A DNA stretch of 60,272 nt, the filler included. It is 4 parts of 4 records of this genome, joined end to end, with 100 filler letters (N's around TTAATTAATTAA, not from the genome) between each part and the next. Parts side by side here need not be neighbours in the genome. Positions count along the whole stretch, not along the records: positions 1 to 17,617 come from DRR723986_10591; positions 17,718 to 29,354 come from DRR723986_10604; 2 more parts are not named here. The stretch is one strand, 5' to 3'. Shown here piece by piece: positions 9,721-19,266 of the stretch. The position numbers were made by a program, and so were the translations under genes. The stretch's first letter is position 1. Every line of letters begins with the position of its first letter. The notes beneath the pieces were generated by a model. It did no database searches. It was given only the letters and a program-made list of their open reading frames with translations, and was not told the origin of the DNA.

Positions 9721-11271
9721 TTAACCCTCTCCACTCTCAGCCAGCGCACTCCTATCCACAAAACGATTCACACCGCCAGACCAGGTGCCGAGGACTTTAG
9801 CTTGGGTGATCTCCGCATCCGGACATGTTAACAGATTGCGATCGTGAATCACAAAGTCGGCGTCGAACTTTTCTTTGAGTTTGCCGCGCCGGTAAGTCAT
9901 ATCGGCTGCAGCGTGGCCCCACTCGGTATATGCCAGCAGCGCTTCTTCGCGCGTGATACATTCCTGCGCGTTCCATGATTCGGATTCTCCGAAAGGAATG
10001 CGGCGCACAAATGCGTCAATTCCAATCAGCGGATTCGGTGATTCAATCGGTGCGTCCGAGCCGCCCGCCAATATCGCACCGTTGTTGCGCAGGCTGCGCC
10101 AGGGATAGGCAAACTCACAGCGTGCACCCAAACGTGCGCGCGCCATCGGCGCGTCGGACACACAATGTGAGGCCTGTACTGCCGGAATGATTCCGAGCTT
10201 GCCGATGCGCTCCTGATCCGCCGGCTGCACGATCTGTGCATGTTCGATACGCAGGATCGTCTGCTCGTCCGCCAGGTGATCGCGTCGAGCAACTTCATAA
10301 GCGTCAATCACGGCGCGATTGGCAGCATCACCAATTGCGTGGATGCTGACGTTCCAGCCAAATTCCAGAATATTTTTGACTTTAGTCAGAATCTCGGCCG
10401 GTGTTAACAGTGCCAGTCCGCGCGTGTCGGGCGCGTCGCTGTACGGATCAAGTAGTTCAGCACCGCGCGAACCCAGGGCGCCGTCCGCATAAAGTTTAAC
10501 AGCGTAGACGCGCAGGAACTCGCCACCGGCAGGCAGCAGGCGTTCATGCAGCCATTCGTTGTTTTGTCCGCTGATATGCGATTGCACACGCACGGCCAGG
10601 CGGCCGCGCTCGGCCAATTCTCTGAAGTGATCGAGCATCGATGGATGCACATCCATGTCGTGCACTTCGGTAACGCCGTGGCGTGCATACTCGCTTGCCG
10701 CAGCTTCTATGTTGCGGCGCATTTGTTCGGGGCTGGGGGTGGGCATCAGGTTCAGGACCAGCTCCATCGCATTGTCTACCAGGATTCCAGTTGCCTGTTT
10801 TTTGTCGTCGCGCACAATCACACCACCGGGAGGGTCGGGCGTTTCAGCTGTAATGCCGGCGCGCTCCAGCGCCTTGGAGTTAACCCAGATCGCGTGCCCG
10901 TCGGCGCGGCGGAACACCACCGGCCTGTCCGCAAAAGCCTCGTCCAGCGGAGCTTTGGTCGGCATCGCTGAATCATTCCACTTCTCCTGATTCCAGCCCA
11001 TTCCAAAGAGCCATTCACCATCGTTAAGGTGGTCCAGGCCCGCCTGAACACATTCGTCGGAGCTGGTGCAGTCGTACAGGCGCAAGCCCAACAGCCGCTG
11101 CCCCAGGCCATGCAGGTGTGCATGCGACTCAACCAGGCCGGGCATCACCCATGCATCGCGGAAGTGATGAATCTTATCGCGTTCATCCACAATCGTAACA
11201 CCACCAAACTGAGGCTCAATCTTTTGAATGCGGCCGCCGGCGATTTTGATTCGTGCTTGCATTACCTGCAT
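9721..11271 (-). CDS. Amidohydrolase 3 family (YtcJ-like) metal-dependent hydrolase
   Basis: PGLVESHAHL, DGHAIWVNSKAL, KLYADGALGSRGA, HAIGD, RIEHAQ, GGSDAP. Confidence 0.92.
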   Translation of the reverse strand: MQVMQARIKIAGGRIQKIEPQFGGVTIVDERDKIHHFRDAWVMPGLVESHAHLHGLGQRLLGLRLYDCTSSDECVQAGLDHLNDGEWLFGMGWNQEKWNDSAMPTKAPLDEAFADRPVVFRRADGHAIWVNSKALERAGITAETPDPPGGVIVRDDKKQATGILVDNAMELVLNLMPTPSPEQMRRNIEAAASEYARHGVTEVHDMDVHPSMLDHFRELAERGRLAVRVQSHISGQNNEWLHERLLPAGGEFLRVYAVKLYADGALGSRGAELLDPYSDAPDTRGLALLTPAEILTKVKNILEFGWNVSIHAIGDAANRAVIDAYEVARRDHLADEQTILRIEHAQIVQPADQERIGKLGIIPAVQASHCVSDAPMARARLGARCEFAYPWRSLRNNGAILAGGSDAPIESPNPLIGIDAFVRRIPFGESESWNAQECITREEALLAYTEWGHAAADMTYRRGKLKEKFDADFVIHDRNLLTCPDAEITQAKVLGTWSGGVNRFVDRSALAESGEG

Positions 11272-11358
11272 GGGTGTTTAACTCCCGCTAGTCAGCTGTG
11301 AATAGATAGTGAAGACCGGCTGCAATTTAATGCCTGCCACCGTCAGAATCTCAGATAC

Positions 11359-11393
11359 AAAAAACGCCGATTGCGTTGAAACGTAATCGGCGT
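11359..11393 (-). terminator. Rho-independent terminator after ferredoxin
   Basis: Minus strand reads ACGCCGATTACG-TTTCAA-CGCAATCGGCGT (one mismatch) followed by a T run, about 28 nt after the stop codon. Confidence 0.75.
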
Positions 11394-11420
11394 CAAAATT
11401 AACACTTGCCGTACGCAGGC

Positions 11421-11768
11421 TTAGTCGCGCAGACGCTCAGAGTCGATCTCATCCAGATACTTGACCTTGCTTTCCAACTGCTCCTTCGTCTCAACATTGT
11501 TGGTGTCCGGCAGGCAGCAGTCTACAGGGCAGACGGCCGCACACTGTGGCTCATCGTGGAAGGTCTCACACTCCGTGCATTTGTCCGGCACGATGTAGTA
11601 GAAATCTTCGGTGTAGAATTCACCTTTGAAGTTGCCCGGAGATGTTGAGTCCGAATACTCTTTGCCCGCCAGCGCCCAGGGGGCTCCCGGCTCATAGATG
11701 GCCGTATTCGGGCATTCGGGTTCACAAGCGCCGCAATTGATGCAGTCATCAGTTATATAGATGGCCAT
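11421..11768 (-). CDS. 2[4Fe-4S] ferredoxin (YfhL family)
   Basis: MAIYITDDCINCGACEPECPN and CTEC......PQCAAVCPVDCC. Start placed at ATG 11768. Confidence 0.95.
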   Translation of the reverse strand: MAIYITDDCINCGACEPECPNTAIYEPGAPWALAGKEYSDSTSPGNFKGEFYTEDFYYIVPDKCTECETFHDEPQCAAVCPVDCCLPDTNNVETKEQLESKVKYLDEIDSERLRD

Positions 11769-11877
11769 TGGGGAAGTCCTTTCTGACGATGTGACGGCGC
11801 CCGCCGGCGCGTCTGAAGGCTCACGCGGAGCATCCTGTCTAAAAAACAAGAATCGAAAATTACGGTTTTAGCTGCTC

Positions 11878-13908
11878 TTACGCAACCGACTCAAGTCGCT
11901 CAATCTCGTCGCGCAGCTCCGCTGCACGCTCAAAATCAAGGCTGACAGCCGCAGTTTTCATCTCCTGCTTCATTTGTTCGATCAGCTCACCGCGCTGCTC
12001 CGGAGTCATGAACTTGACAGTTGGGTCAGCGGCGGCCTTGCGTCGTTGTTTTTCTTCGGCGGCATCCTGGCGGCGCTCGTTGCGTTTGCGGCTCACATCG
12101 GCAATCGACGTGCTACTCAGAATTTCCTCGATTGACTTGTAGACGGTTTTAGGATCAATTCCATGTTCCTTGTTGTACGCTTTTTGAATGCGCCTACGCC
12201 GATTCGTTTCGTCGATCAATACCTGCATTGACCTCGTGATTTTGTCGGCGTACAAAATCACCAGTCCCTCAGCATTCCGCGCCGTCCGGCCGGCCGTTTG
12301 CAGCAGCGAACGTTCGCTGCGCAGGAAACCCTCCTTGTCGGCATCCAGAATCGCAACCAGCGAAACTTCAGGCAGGTCAAGTCCTTCCCGCAGCAGGTTC
12401 ACACCAATCAGCACGTCGTACTCACCCAAACGGAAGTCGCGCAGAATCTCGACGCGTTCCAGCGAATCGATGTCGGAGTGGATGTACGCGGCTTTGATGT
12501 TCAGGTTCGTCAGGTAGTCCGTCAGGTCTTCCGCCATGCGTTTTGTGAGTGTTGTCACCAGCACACGCTCGTTCTTTTTTATGCGAATCCTGACTTCACC
12601 AAGCAGATCATCCACCTGCGTGGCAATCGGGCGCATGCTCAATTGCGGATCCAGAAGACCCGTGGGGCGAATGATTTGCTCAACAACCACGCCGTCCGTC
12701 GCCTCCAGCTCGTAGTCGGCCGGGGTGGCGCTGATGTAGACCGCCTGGTTGATCAATTTCTCATATTCGGCAAACTTGAGCGGCCGATTGTCGAGTGCCG
12801 ACGGCAAACGGAAACCGTGTTCCACCAGCGTGATTTTGCGCATGCGGTCACCATTGTACATCGCACGGATCTGCGGCAGCGTCACGTGGCTCTCATCGAT
12901 CAGCAGCAGGAAGTCTTCGGGGAAATAGTCGAAAAGGCAGGCAGGCCGCTCGCCGGGCTTGCGGCCCGAGAGATGCCGCGAATAGTTCTCAACACCCGAA
13001 CAATAGCCGACTTCGCGCATCATCTCCAGGTCAAACAGGGTTCGCTGCTCTAATCTCTGCGCCTCCAGCAGTTTGCCCATGTCGCGCAGCTCCGTCAGCC
13101 GCTCGCGCAGCTCAACTTCTATGCCCACAATTGCGCGCTTCTGTTCTTCCTTGGAGGTCACGAAGATTTTAGCCGGATAGATTACAATCGATGGGATGTC
13201 TTCAATCACGCGGCCTTCCAGGCGGCTGATGTAGCAGATCCGGTCAATTTCGTCGCCAAAGAGTTCTACGCGAATCGCGGTTTCCGTCTCAAAACCAGGC
13301 ATAATGTCAATCACGTCACCACGCACGCGGAAGGTACCGCGCGTGAAGTCAAAGTCATTGCGCGAAAACTGGATGTCCGTCAGCTTGTAAAGTAGTTTCT
13401 GGCGGTCGATTTGCATGCCGACGCGCAGCGCCAGCAGCAAACTCTTGAACGTTTCTTTGTTGCCGATACCGTAAATGCAGCTTACGGAGGCGACTACAAT
13501 CACGTCGCGCCGGCCTTCAATCAAAGAACTCGTCGCTTTCAGGCGCAGCCGGTCAATCTCGTCATTAATCGAAAAGTCTTTTTCGATAAACGTGTCGGAC
13601 TTGGGGATGTAGGCTTCCGGTTGATAGTAATCGTAGTAGGAAATGAAGTACTCAACCGCGTTGTCCGGAAAGAAGTTGCGGAACTCGGCGTAGAGCTGCG
13701 CCGCCAGCGTTTTGTTGTGAGAGATAATCAGCGTCGGCCGCTGGACTTGCTGAATCACGTTGGACATCGTGAAGGTTTTACCGGAGCCGGTCACCCCCAG
13801 AAGGCACTGATGTTGGTCTCCGCGTTCCAGCCCTTGTTTCAATTGTTCAATCGCCTGCGGTTGATCACCCGCAGGTTTGTATTGAGATTCCAGCTTAAAT
13901 GGAGGCAT
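11878..13908 (-). CDS. uvrB: Excinuclease ABC subunit B
   Basis: [43 protein letters not shown]-like motif, C-terminal UVR domain ([11 protein letters not shown]). Confidence 0.99.
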   Translation of the reverse strand: MPPFKLESQYKPAGDQPQAIEQLKQGLERGDQHQCLLGVTGSGKTFTMSNVIQQVQRPTLIISHNKTLAAQLYAEFRNFFPDNAVEYFISYYDYYQPEAYIPKSDTFIEKDFSINDEIDRLRLKATSSLIEGRRDVIVVASVSCIYGIGNKETFKSLLLALRVGMQIDRQKLLYKLTDIQFSRNDFDFTRGTFRVRGDVIDIMPGFETETAIRVELFGDEIDRICYISRLEGRVIEDIPSIVIYPAKIFVTSKEEQKRAIVGIEVELRERLTELRDMGKLLEAQRLEQRTLFDLEMMREVGYCSGVENYSRHLSGRKPGERPACLFDYFPEDFLLLIDESHVTLPQIRAMYNGDRMRKITLVEHGFRLPSALDNRPLKFAEYEKLINQAVYISATPADYELEATDGVVVEQIIRPTGLLDPQLSMRPIATQVDDLLGEVRIRIKKNERVLVTTLTKRMAEDLTDYLTNLNIKAAYIHSDIDSLERVEILRDFRLGEYDVLIGVNLLREGLDLPEVSLVAILDADKEGFLRSERSLLQTAGRTARNAEGLVILYADKITRSMQVLIDETNRRRRIQKAYNKEHGIDPKTVYKSIEEILSSTSIADVSRKRNERRQDAAEEKQRRKAAADPTVKFMTPEQRGELIEQMKQEMKTAAVSLDFERAAELRDEIERLESVA

Positions 13909-14021
13909 GTTACTCCTGAATGTTCAGTCCGCAGAAACTCAGTGTGATAGCGTCAAGAGGCGATTGGGAGGCCTGCATATTGTGGTCAAATTTTGTCCCT
14001 AAAAGCCGGCGGGCTGCTTTA

Positions 14022-14057
14022 AAATCAGAACGCCTTTCTCCGCTGGGAAAAAGGCGT
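14022..14057 (-). terminator. Possible terminator hairpin after the 140-aa secreted protein
   Basis: ACGCCTTT...AAAGGCGT arms (14030-14037/14050-14057); only a weak T-rich tail on the minus strand. Confidence 0.4.
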
Positions 14058-14105
14058 CAACAATACTGAACGTAGCCGCAGGGGGTGCTAATTCTGGCGT
14101 AAAGC

Positions 14106-14528
14106 TTAACGGAACATTTCCTTGATCATACCCCAGGTTTGGCGCACACTTGAAACAGTGTGTGTAACTGGTGTATGGTCTGTAAAACTTTCGCTGCCGT
14201 CCACGGCTACTACGCGTATGCGGTAGAAGTACATGGTACCGGTTATTTCATCCTGATCGCCTTTCATAAAGGCGTTCTCATCCACATAACGGTAATAGCT
14301 GTTAGCGCCACGTGAATCAACTGTGCCGATCGTTTTGAAGTTACGCGTGGTTTGCACCGAACGCTGGACTTCATACCGTTCTACACCGTCCTCAACATTG
14401 GCACGCCACTCAACCGTGATGTTGGCGTCATCGGAGCGCGCATCCAGCGACGTGATTTCCACCGTCGCCGCAGCAAACGCAGCTGCCGAAACAATGCAAA
14501 CAAGAAAGCTTGCAATCAAAAATCTCAT
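14106..14528 (-). CDS. Small secreted FN3/Ig-like protein ending in a TWGxIKxMFR motif
   Basis: Signal peptide (…SAAAFA); V.W..N.E.GV.RYEVQRS…F..IG.V…Y.YVD…Y.YRIR.V..DGS pattern; C-terminus SSVRQTWGMIKEMFR. Confidence 0.8.
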   Translation of the reverse strand: MRFLIASFLVCIVSAAAFAAATVEITSLDARSDDANITVEWRANVEDGVERYEVQRSVQTTRNFKTIGTVDSRGANSYYRYVDENAFMKGDQDEITGTMYFYRIRVVAVDGSESFTDHTPVTHTVSSVRQTWGMIKEMFR

Positions 14529-14966
14529 ACCTTATCCTGGCCTCTGACGTATTGAAAGAATCGTCCTACGGTGTTTGGCCCCGAGCAGCAAGCAAAATGC
14601 AGTTTGAATGTTCTCCAGACAAGGCCCAAATTCGGATCTTGGCTGAGCGTTTCTGCAGTCTGCGCTGATTGAGACGGAGGAGTCTCAATCACAAGTGTGT
14701 ATACGTATCAAAGCTAATCCCCAAAATTACAAAACTTTCGGTCTAATAGTTGTTATCATTCCAAAAAAATTGCATGAACTGGAGATTTTCCTGCCTGAAA
14801 GACCCATTTACGGGCATTTGGATACAGGTAAAAATCCGGTAGCACATTGAAATGTCGGGGAATGGCGGGTCTCAGCCCAACCATATAGCAGATAATCTTG
14901 TCAATTCCTGGCTTTCAGGTGTGGCATTGCAGCCGGAATCACCCCCAGAATTTCTCCAGAATCACC

Positions 14967-15980
14967 TCAAGCCTGATGCTCAACCATCGATGCGATAGTC
15001 TCGGCGATACGCAAAGCCTCTGCGCCTTCTTCCGCCGTCACGGGAATCGGAGCGTCATTCAGGATCGCGCGCATAAATGCGTCCTGCTCACCCAGAATTG
15101 CATTGGCCGAAAGTACTTCAGGCTGTTCGTAAACGATATTGCGTTTGTGTGTGCCTTCTTCAATCTGGCCGAGCATCATCGCCGGTACGGCACTGTCGCG
15201 CTCCTCGTCTTCGCGAATGCGGAAGACGTCAACCGTCGTATTGCCCAGGTCCAGTGAGATATAAGCGTTCTTCTGGAAGAGGCGAATTTTGCGCATTTGT
15301 TTGACGGACATCCGCGAAGCCGTCAGGTTGGCAACACAGCCATTGCGGAACTTCAGGCGCGCATTTGCAATGTCGGGCGTGTTCGTCAGGACGGCTACGC
15401 CACTGGCCTCAATCGATTCGACTTTGTCTTTGACCAGCCAGGTCACGATGTCAATGTCGTGAATCATCAGATCATGCACTACCGAGACGTCCGTGGCACG
15501 TGGTTTGAACTGCGCCAGCCTGTGTGCTTCAATGAACATCGGCTGCGGCTCGTAGTCGCGCAGGGCTTCCAGCACTGGATTAAAGCGCTCTACATGCCCA
15601 ACCTGTACCTTGCACTTGGTCTCTTCGATGACTTTGAGCAGTTCCAGCGCTTCGGCATATGTGGCTGTAATCGGCTTTTCGATCAGGCAGTGTTTGCCGG
15701 CTCGCAGACATTCTTCGGCAACTTTGAAGTGTGTTGTAGTTGGGGAGGCGATCGTTACCGCGTCCACATCTGCAAGCATGTCAGGCAGCGAATCATATGC
15801 ACGGCAGCCCAACGCGGCGGCCTCAGCGGTAGCGGACTCCTTATCTATGTCATAGATGCCTTTGAGTTCGGCGCGGTCGATGCGTTGCCAAAGTCCGGCG
15901 TGGATCTTCCCCAGGTGTCCAATTCCAATGATGCCTATGCGCAATTTTTTTTCCGTCTGCTCCATATCCTGCTGCTCCAA
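14967..15980 (-). CDS. Gfo/Idh/MocA family oxidoreductase (UDP-GlcNAc 3-dehydrogenase GnnA-like)
   Basis: IGIIGIGHLG, LIEKP, VGHVERFNP, FIEAHRL, DVSVVHDLMIHDID, DIANARL.F.NGCVANLTASR. Start may be ATG about 15 nt downstream (MEQTEKK). Confidence 0.9.
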   Translation of the reverse strand: MEQQDMEQTEKKLRIGIIGIGHLGKIHAGLWQRIDRAELKGIYDIDKESATAEAAALGCRAYDSLPDMLADVDAVTIASPTTTHFKVAEECLRAGKHCLIEKPITATYAEALELLKVIEETKCKVQVGHVERFNPVLEALRDYEPQPMFIEAHRLAQFKPRATDVSVVHDLMIHDIDIVTWLVKDKVESIEASGVAVLTNTPDIANARLKFRNGCVANLTASRMSVKQMRKIRLFQKNAYISLDLGNTTVDVFRIREDEERDSAVPAMMLGQIEEGTHKRNIVYEQPEVLSANAILGEQDAFMRAILNDAPIPVTAEEGAEALRIAETIASMVEHQA

Positions 15981-16262
15981 TTCGTTCTGTCGCTGGGTTT
16001 ATTCGCTGCTCTATGACTCATGTCTGTGCGTTAGACTCGCAATTTACGCAATTGCGTTTCGGTGGACAACAGAAGAAAAAAGAGCTAGCCGCAAAATCAC
16101 CTGCATCGGAACCAAAATATCAATGCCTTTTGTGCGGCGCGGCGCTGCCTTTTAAAAATGACTTAAACATGTAAACGCTGTGGAATTAATATGTGCGGCG
16201 GTCACTAAAAATTGTGTGATTCAACTCAAAAACGGCAGGTGCGGAATTAAACGGAGTGTGAA

Positions 16263-17180
16263 CTAGTCGCCACGTGGGTGTGATTTTTTGTAAACAGATT
16301 TAAGGCGTTCCACTGAGACGTGTGTGTAAATTTGTGTGGTAGAAAGTGAAGCGTGGCCGAGCATTTCACTTACGGCGTTAATATCCGCACCCTGGTCGAG
16401 TAGATGTGTCGCAAAGCTGTGACGTAAAACGTGCGGGCTTTTTTGGCGGGATTCCGTGACGTTCTGCATAGCCATGTTAATAATTCGGTAAACACCGGCG
16501 GCACCCAGCGGTCCACCACGCACACCCAGGAAAAGTGCGTCACCAGAATGTTTACGCGTCAATGTTACGCGTTTTTGCAAATAATTATTAAGTGCGTCGA
16601 GCGCTTTGGCACCAATCGGCACGATGCGTTCCTTGCCACCTTTACCCACAATTCTGACTTGGCCGGTGGGGATATTGATGCTCGAAGTTGTTAAAGCCAG
16701 CAGTTCGCTTACGCGTAAACCGGAGCTGTAGAGTAGTTCTGTTAAAGCCAGATCGCGCGCGCCAACGGGGTCCGTCCTGTCAAACTGCAGCATTAACTCT
16801 TCGACTTCGTTGGCCTGTAAAAACGCCGGTAGTTTGCGTTCGCGTTTGGGAATATGTGTGCCCGCAGCGGGGTCGCCGTCCAGATAAGCGCGTTTGCGCA
16901 GGAACTTCACAAAAGATTTAAGGGCGGCGGTTTTAGCGCGAATACTGTTAATTTTTTGACCGCGGTCGTGCAGGTAACCACTAAACTGGCGGATCGCTTC
17001 CGTGTCGATATCGGCGGGCAGGGGAATCTCACCATACCACTCCTTTAAGCTGTCGGCAAACTGCTCCAGGGCCAACCTGTAACTGTCGATTGTACGCTCG
17101 GAGTAAACGCGCACCACCTCACAATATTCCAGGAATTCGCGCATGGCATTGGCATAGGATATGGAATTGGGCTGGGCCAC
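16263..17180 (-). CDS. xerC: Tyrosine recombinase XerC-like
   Basis: Catalytic residues intact: LYSSGLRVSE, GKGGKERIVP, SPHVLRHSFATHLL, LGHASLSTTQIYTHV. XerC rather than XerD judged from the LGHASLSTTQ motif. Confidence 0.85.
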   Translation of the reverse strand: MAQPNSISYANAMREFLEYCEVVRVYSERTIDSYRLALEQFADSLKEWYGEIPLPADIDTEAIRQFSGYLHDRGQKINSIRAKTAALKSFVKFLRKRAYLDGDPAAGTHIPKRERKLPAFLQANEVEELMLQFDRTDPVGARDLALTELLYSSGLRVSELLALTTSSINIPTGQVRIVGKGGKERIVPIGAKALDALNNYLQKRVTLTRKHSGDALFLGVRGGPLGAAGVYRIINMAMQNVTESRQKSPHVLRHSFATHLLDQGADINAVSEMLGHASLSTTQIYTHVSVERLKSVYKKSHPRGD

Positions 17181-17617
17181 GACGCTCCGGCAGGTGTATA
17201 AAACTTAAACAGACTGGCGCGTAAAATACGGATTGTCAGCACCCGAACAAATCATGCTGTCGTGACAGCGACTTTTGGTGGACGCTAAAAATTTGACCTG
17301 CTGTACAAAAAAAGAGGGCTTGAGCGCTGCGCCTCTCCGCCAGGCCTACGGGCTTACTCTTCCTCTTGTTTGTCGCTGGGGTAGAAGTTTGATTGCATTG
17401 ATCGCCGTGCGAACGTGGACGCAAGAGTGGTTATAGTTGAGAAATTGATAGGTAGCTAGAATCCAGTTGCTACAGGATGTAGCCCATTTTCCACAGGTAA
17501 AGCTTGTGCCTTACTTCGTCGGCGCGCAGCTAATGAATTGCCAATGTTTGTACCGCTGAATCATTTTGCCTTGTGCCGTGTAGTTGTATACTTTCACTTT
17601 GTAGGTGGGTGCCGATC

Positions 17618-17717
17618 NNNNNNNNNNNNNNNNNNNNNNNNNNNNNNNNNNNNNNNNNNNNTTAATTAATTAANNNNNNNNNNNNNNNNNNNNNNNNNNN
17701 NNNNNNNNNNNNNNNNN
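17618..17717. other. Artificial contig spacer
   Basis: 44 N + TTAATTAATTAA (stops in all six frames) + 44 N. Confidence 0.99.
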
Positions 17718-17794
17718 GCCAGTTCCAGCGTCGTTACCAAAGCTTCGCGCAGGTCGTGGTCATCTTCCACAATCAGAATCTGGGCCTTTGCCAT
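17718..17794 (-). CDS. fleR: 5' fragment of sigma54-dependent response regulator FleR (truncated by contig end)
   Basis: Translates MAKAQILIVEDDHDLREALVTTLEL (receiver domain start), has a GGAGG RBS and lies directly downstream of fleS. Confidence 0.8.
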
Positions 17795-17817
17795 GCTATG
17801 CACCTCCAACCTGTTCT

Positions 17818-19053
17818 TTAAAACCGGGCTGTCAGAATAGGCAGCCGAACTATCGCGTCGGCGCCTTGCTGTCCGGGGGATGAAATCGAAAACTCGCCCT
17901 GATGGGCCTTGACCACAGCCTGCACCACGGCCAGCCCGAGGCCGGTGCCATGGGACTTGGTGGTGTAGAAGGCTTCCATAATCCGACCTGCCTCACCAGG
18001 CTCGAACCCAGGTCCATTATCGGAAACCCGGATTTCCAGGCGGCCAGAGGTAGCGGAAACGACGATTGAAACGTCGGCTGCCCCCGCCTCCAGACTGTTA
18101 TTCACAAGATTGGTACAGGCGCCGACCAGGGCATCGCGATTGCACATCAGCCGGCAAGGCGTCTGCACCTGGTTGTCCAGGGTCACCTGCACGCCTGGCG
18201 CAAGCTTGAGTCCATCAACAGCAGACTCGAGCGCTTCCACCAGGCGCGACGAATCCAGCTCTTCCGCCAGTCGGGTTTCACCGCGGGCGAAGATCAACAT
18301 GTCACGAACCTGCTGTTCCAGATGGGTCAGGCGGGACATCAGCCGGGAAGCGCAACGTTGACGTAGCTCCTCATCGAGATCCGGCTGGCTCAGATGGCCA
18401 CCATAGAGAATGGCAGCAGACAGCGGTGTGCGAATCTGGTGGGCCAGGGACGCAACCATCTTGCCCATGGCAGAGAGGCGCTGGGCATGAGCCAGTTGCG
18501 ACTGGAGCTGGCGCGTTTCAGTCAGATCGGTCAGCAGGATCAACTGACCCGGCTGATTCTCCATGGTACGGATCTCAATGCTAACCCGGCGACCATCCTT
18601 CAGGGACACCTCATGGCCATCATCGTTACGGGGCGCGAAACAGCGGCGGATAACGTCAATCCAGCGCTCGCCCTCAAGCGGCTCGCCTAGCAAGGCAATG
18701 GCGGCCGGGTTGCTCTGACTGACAGTGCCATGTTTGTCCAGCACCACCACACCCGCAGGCAGGGCATTGAGCAAGGTAGACAGGCGATCTGCCAGCTGCT
18801 CTTTCTGCTCCAGCTCCTGCTGGCGCTGTCGCGATTCATAAGACAGCTCACCGGACAGCTGGTTCACCCGAGACTCGAGTGTGCGATAGGAATCGGTAAT
18901 CTGGCGAGACATGCGATTGAACAGTTCCAGCGCAGAATCTACAGCCTCATCGTCCTGCTGTGGAAACAGTGCTGTCACCTTGTCGTTGACATCAGCCGCA
19001 GCGTTGGCATCCGGCTGGTGGCGGGACTCCATAACGACATGTGCGTGGCTCAT
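17818..19053 (-). CDS. fleS: Flagellar sensor histidine kinase FleS (PAS + HisKA + HATPase)
   Basis: FNRMSRQITDSYRTLE, PAS region, H-box LAHQIRTPLSAA, N-box NLVNNS, DNGPG, FYTTK..GTGLGL; lies between fleQ and fleR. Start placed at ATG 19053. Confidence 0.92.
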   Translation of the reverse strand: MSHAHVVMESRHQPDANAAADVNDKVTALFPQQDDEAVDSALELFNRMSRQITDSYRTLESRVNQLSGELSYESRQRQQELEQKEQLADRLSTLLNALPAGVVVLDKHGTVSQSNPAAIALLGEPLEGERWIDVIRRCFAPRNDDGHEVSLKDGRRVSIEIRTMENQPGQLILLTDLTETRQLQSQLAHAQRLSAMGKMVASLAHQIRTPLSAAILYGGHLSQPDLDEELRQRCASRLMSRLTHLEQQVRDMLIFARGETRLAEELDSSRLVEALESAVDGLKLAPGVQVTLDNQVQTPCRLMCNRDALVGACTNLVNNSLEAGAADVSIVVSATSGRLEIRVSDNGPGFEPGEAGRIMEAFYTTKSHGTGLGLAVVQAVVKAHQGEFSISSPGQQGADAIVRLPILTARF

Positions 19054-19111
19054 AACCTTTCCCCCTGACAGGCCCGGCGGGGCCATCAATACTTTTGTTC
19101 GGAAAGGTTAA

Positions 19112-19127
19112 AGCTAACAGCGTGCCA
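19112..19127 (-). promoter_or_regulatory. Sigma54 (-24/-12) promoter of fleSR
   Basis: Minus strand TGGCACGCTGTTAGCT fits TGGCACG-N4-TTGCW with correct GG/GC spacing. fleSR is a known FleQ/RpoN target in Pseudomonas. Confidence 0.8.
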
Positions 19128-19266
19128 ATTAGTATTTATTGTTTATTTTCAAATAGTAACGAAACCAACGATACCCGGGGTGACGAATTACCGTCGGCCA
19201 GAAACAACAATGGCGTCGCAGGTTACAAACCTTTGACGCCACCTTTTACCGGCCACCCCGGTGTCA

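Noticed and set aside
16263-17180. Tyrosine recombinase as a phage or island integrase
   Set aside because: Size and motifs match housekeeping XerC; no att sites, tRNA or mobile genes nearby.
17662-17673. TTAATTAATTAA recurring three times
   Set aside because: Artificial six-frame stop linker inside N spacers, not a biological repeat.
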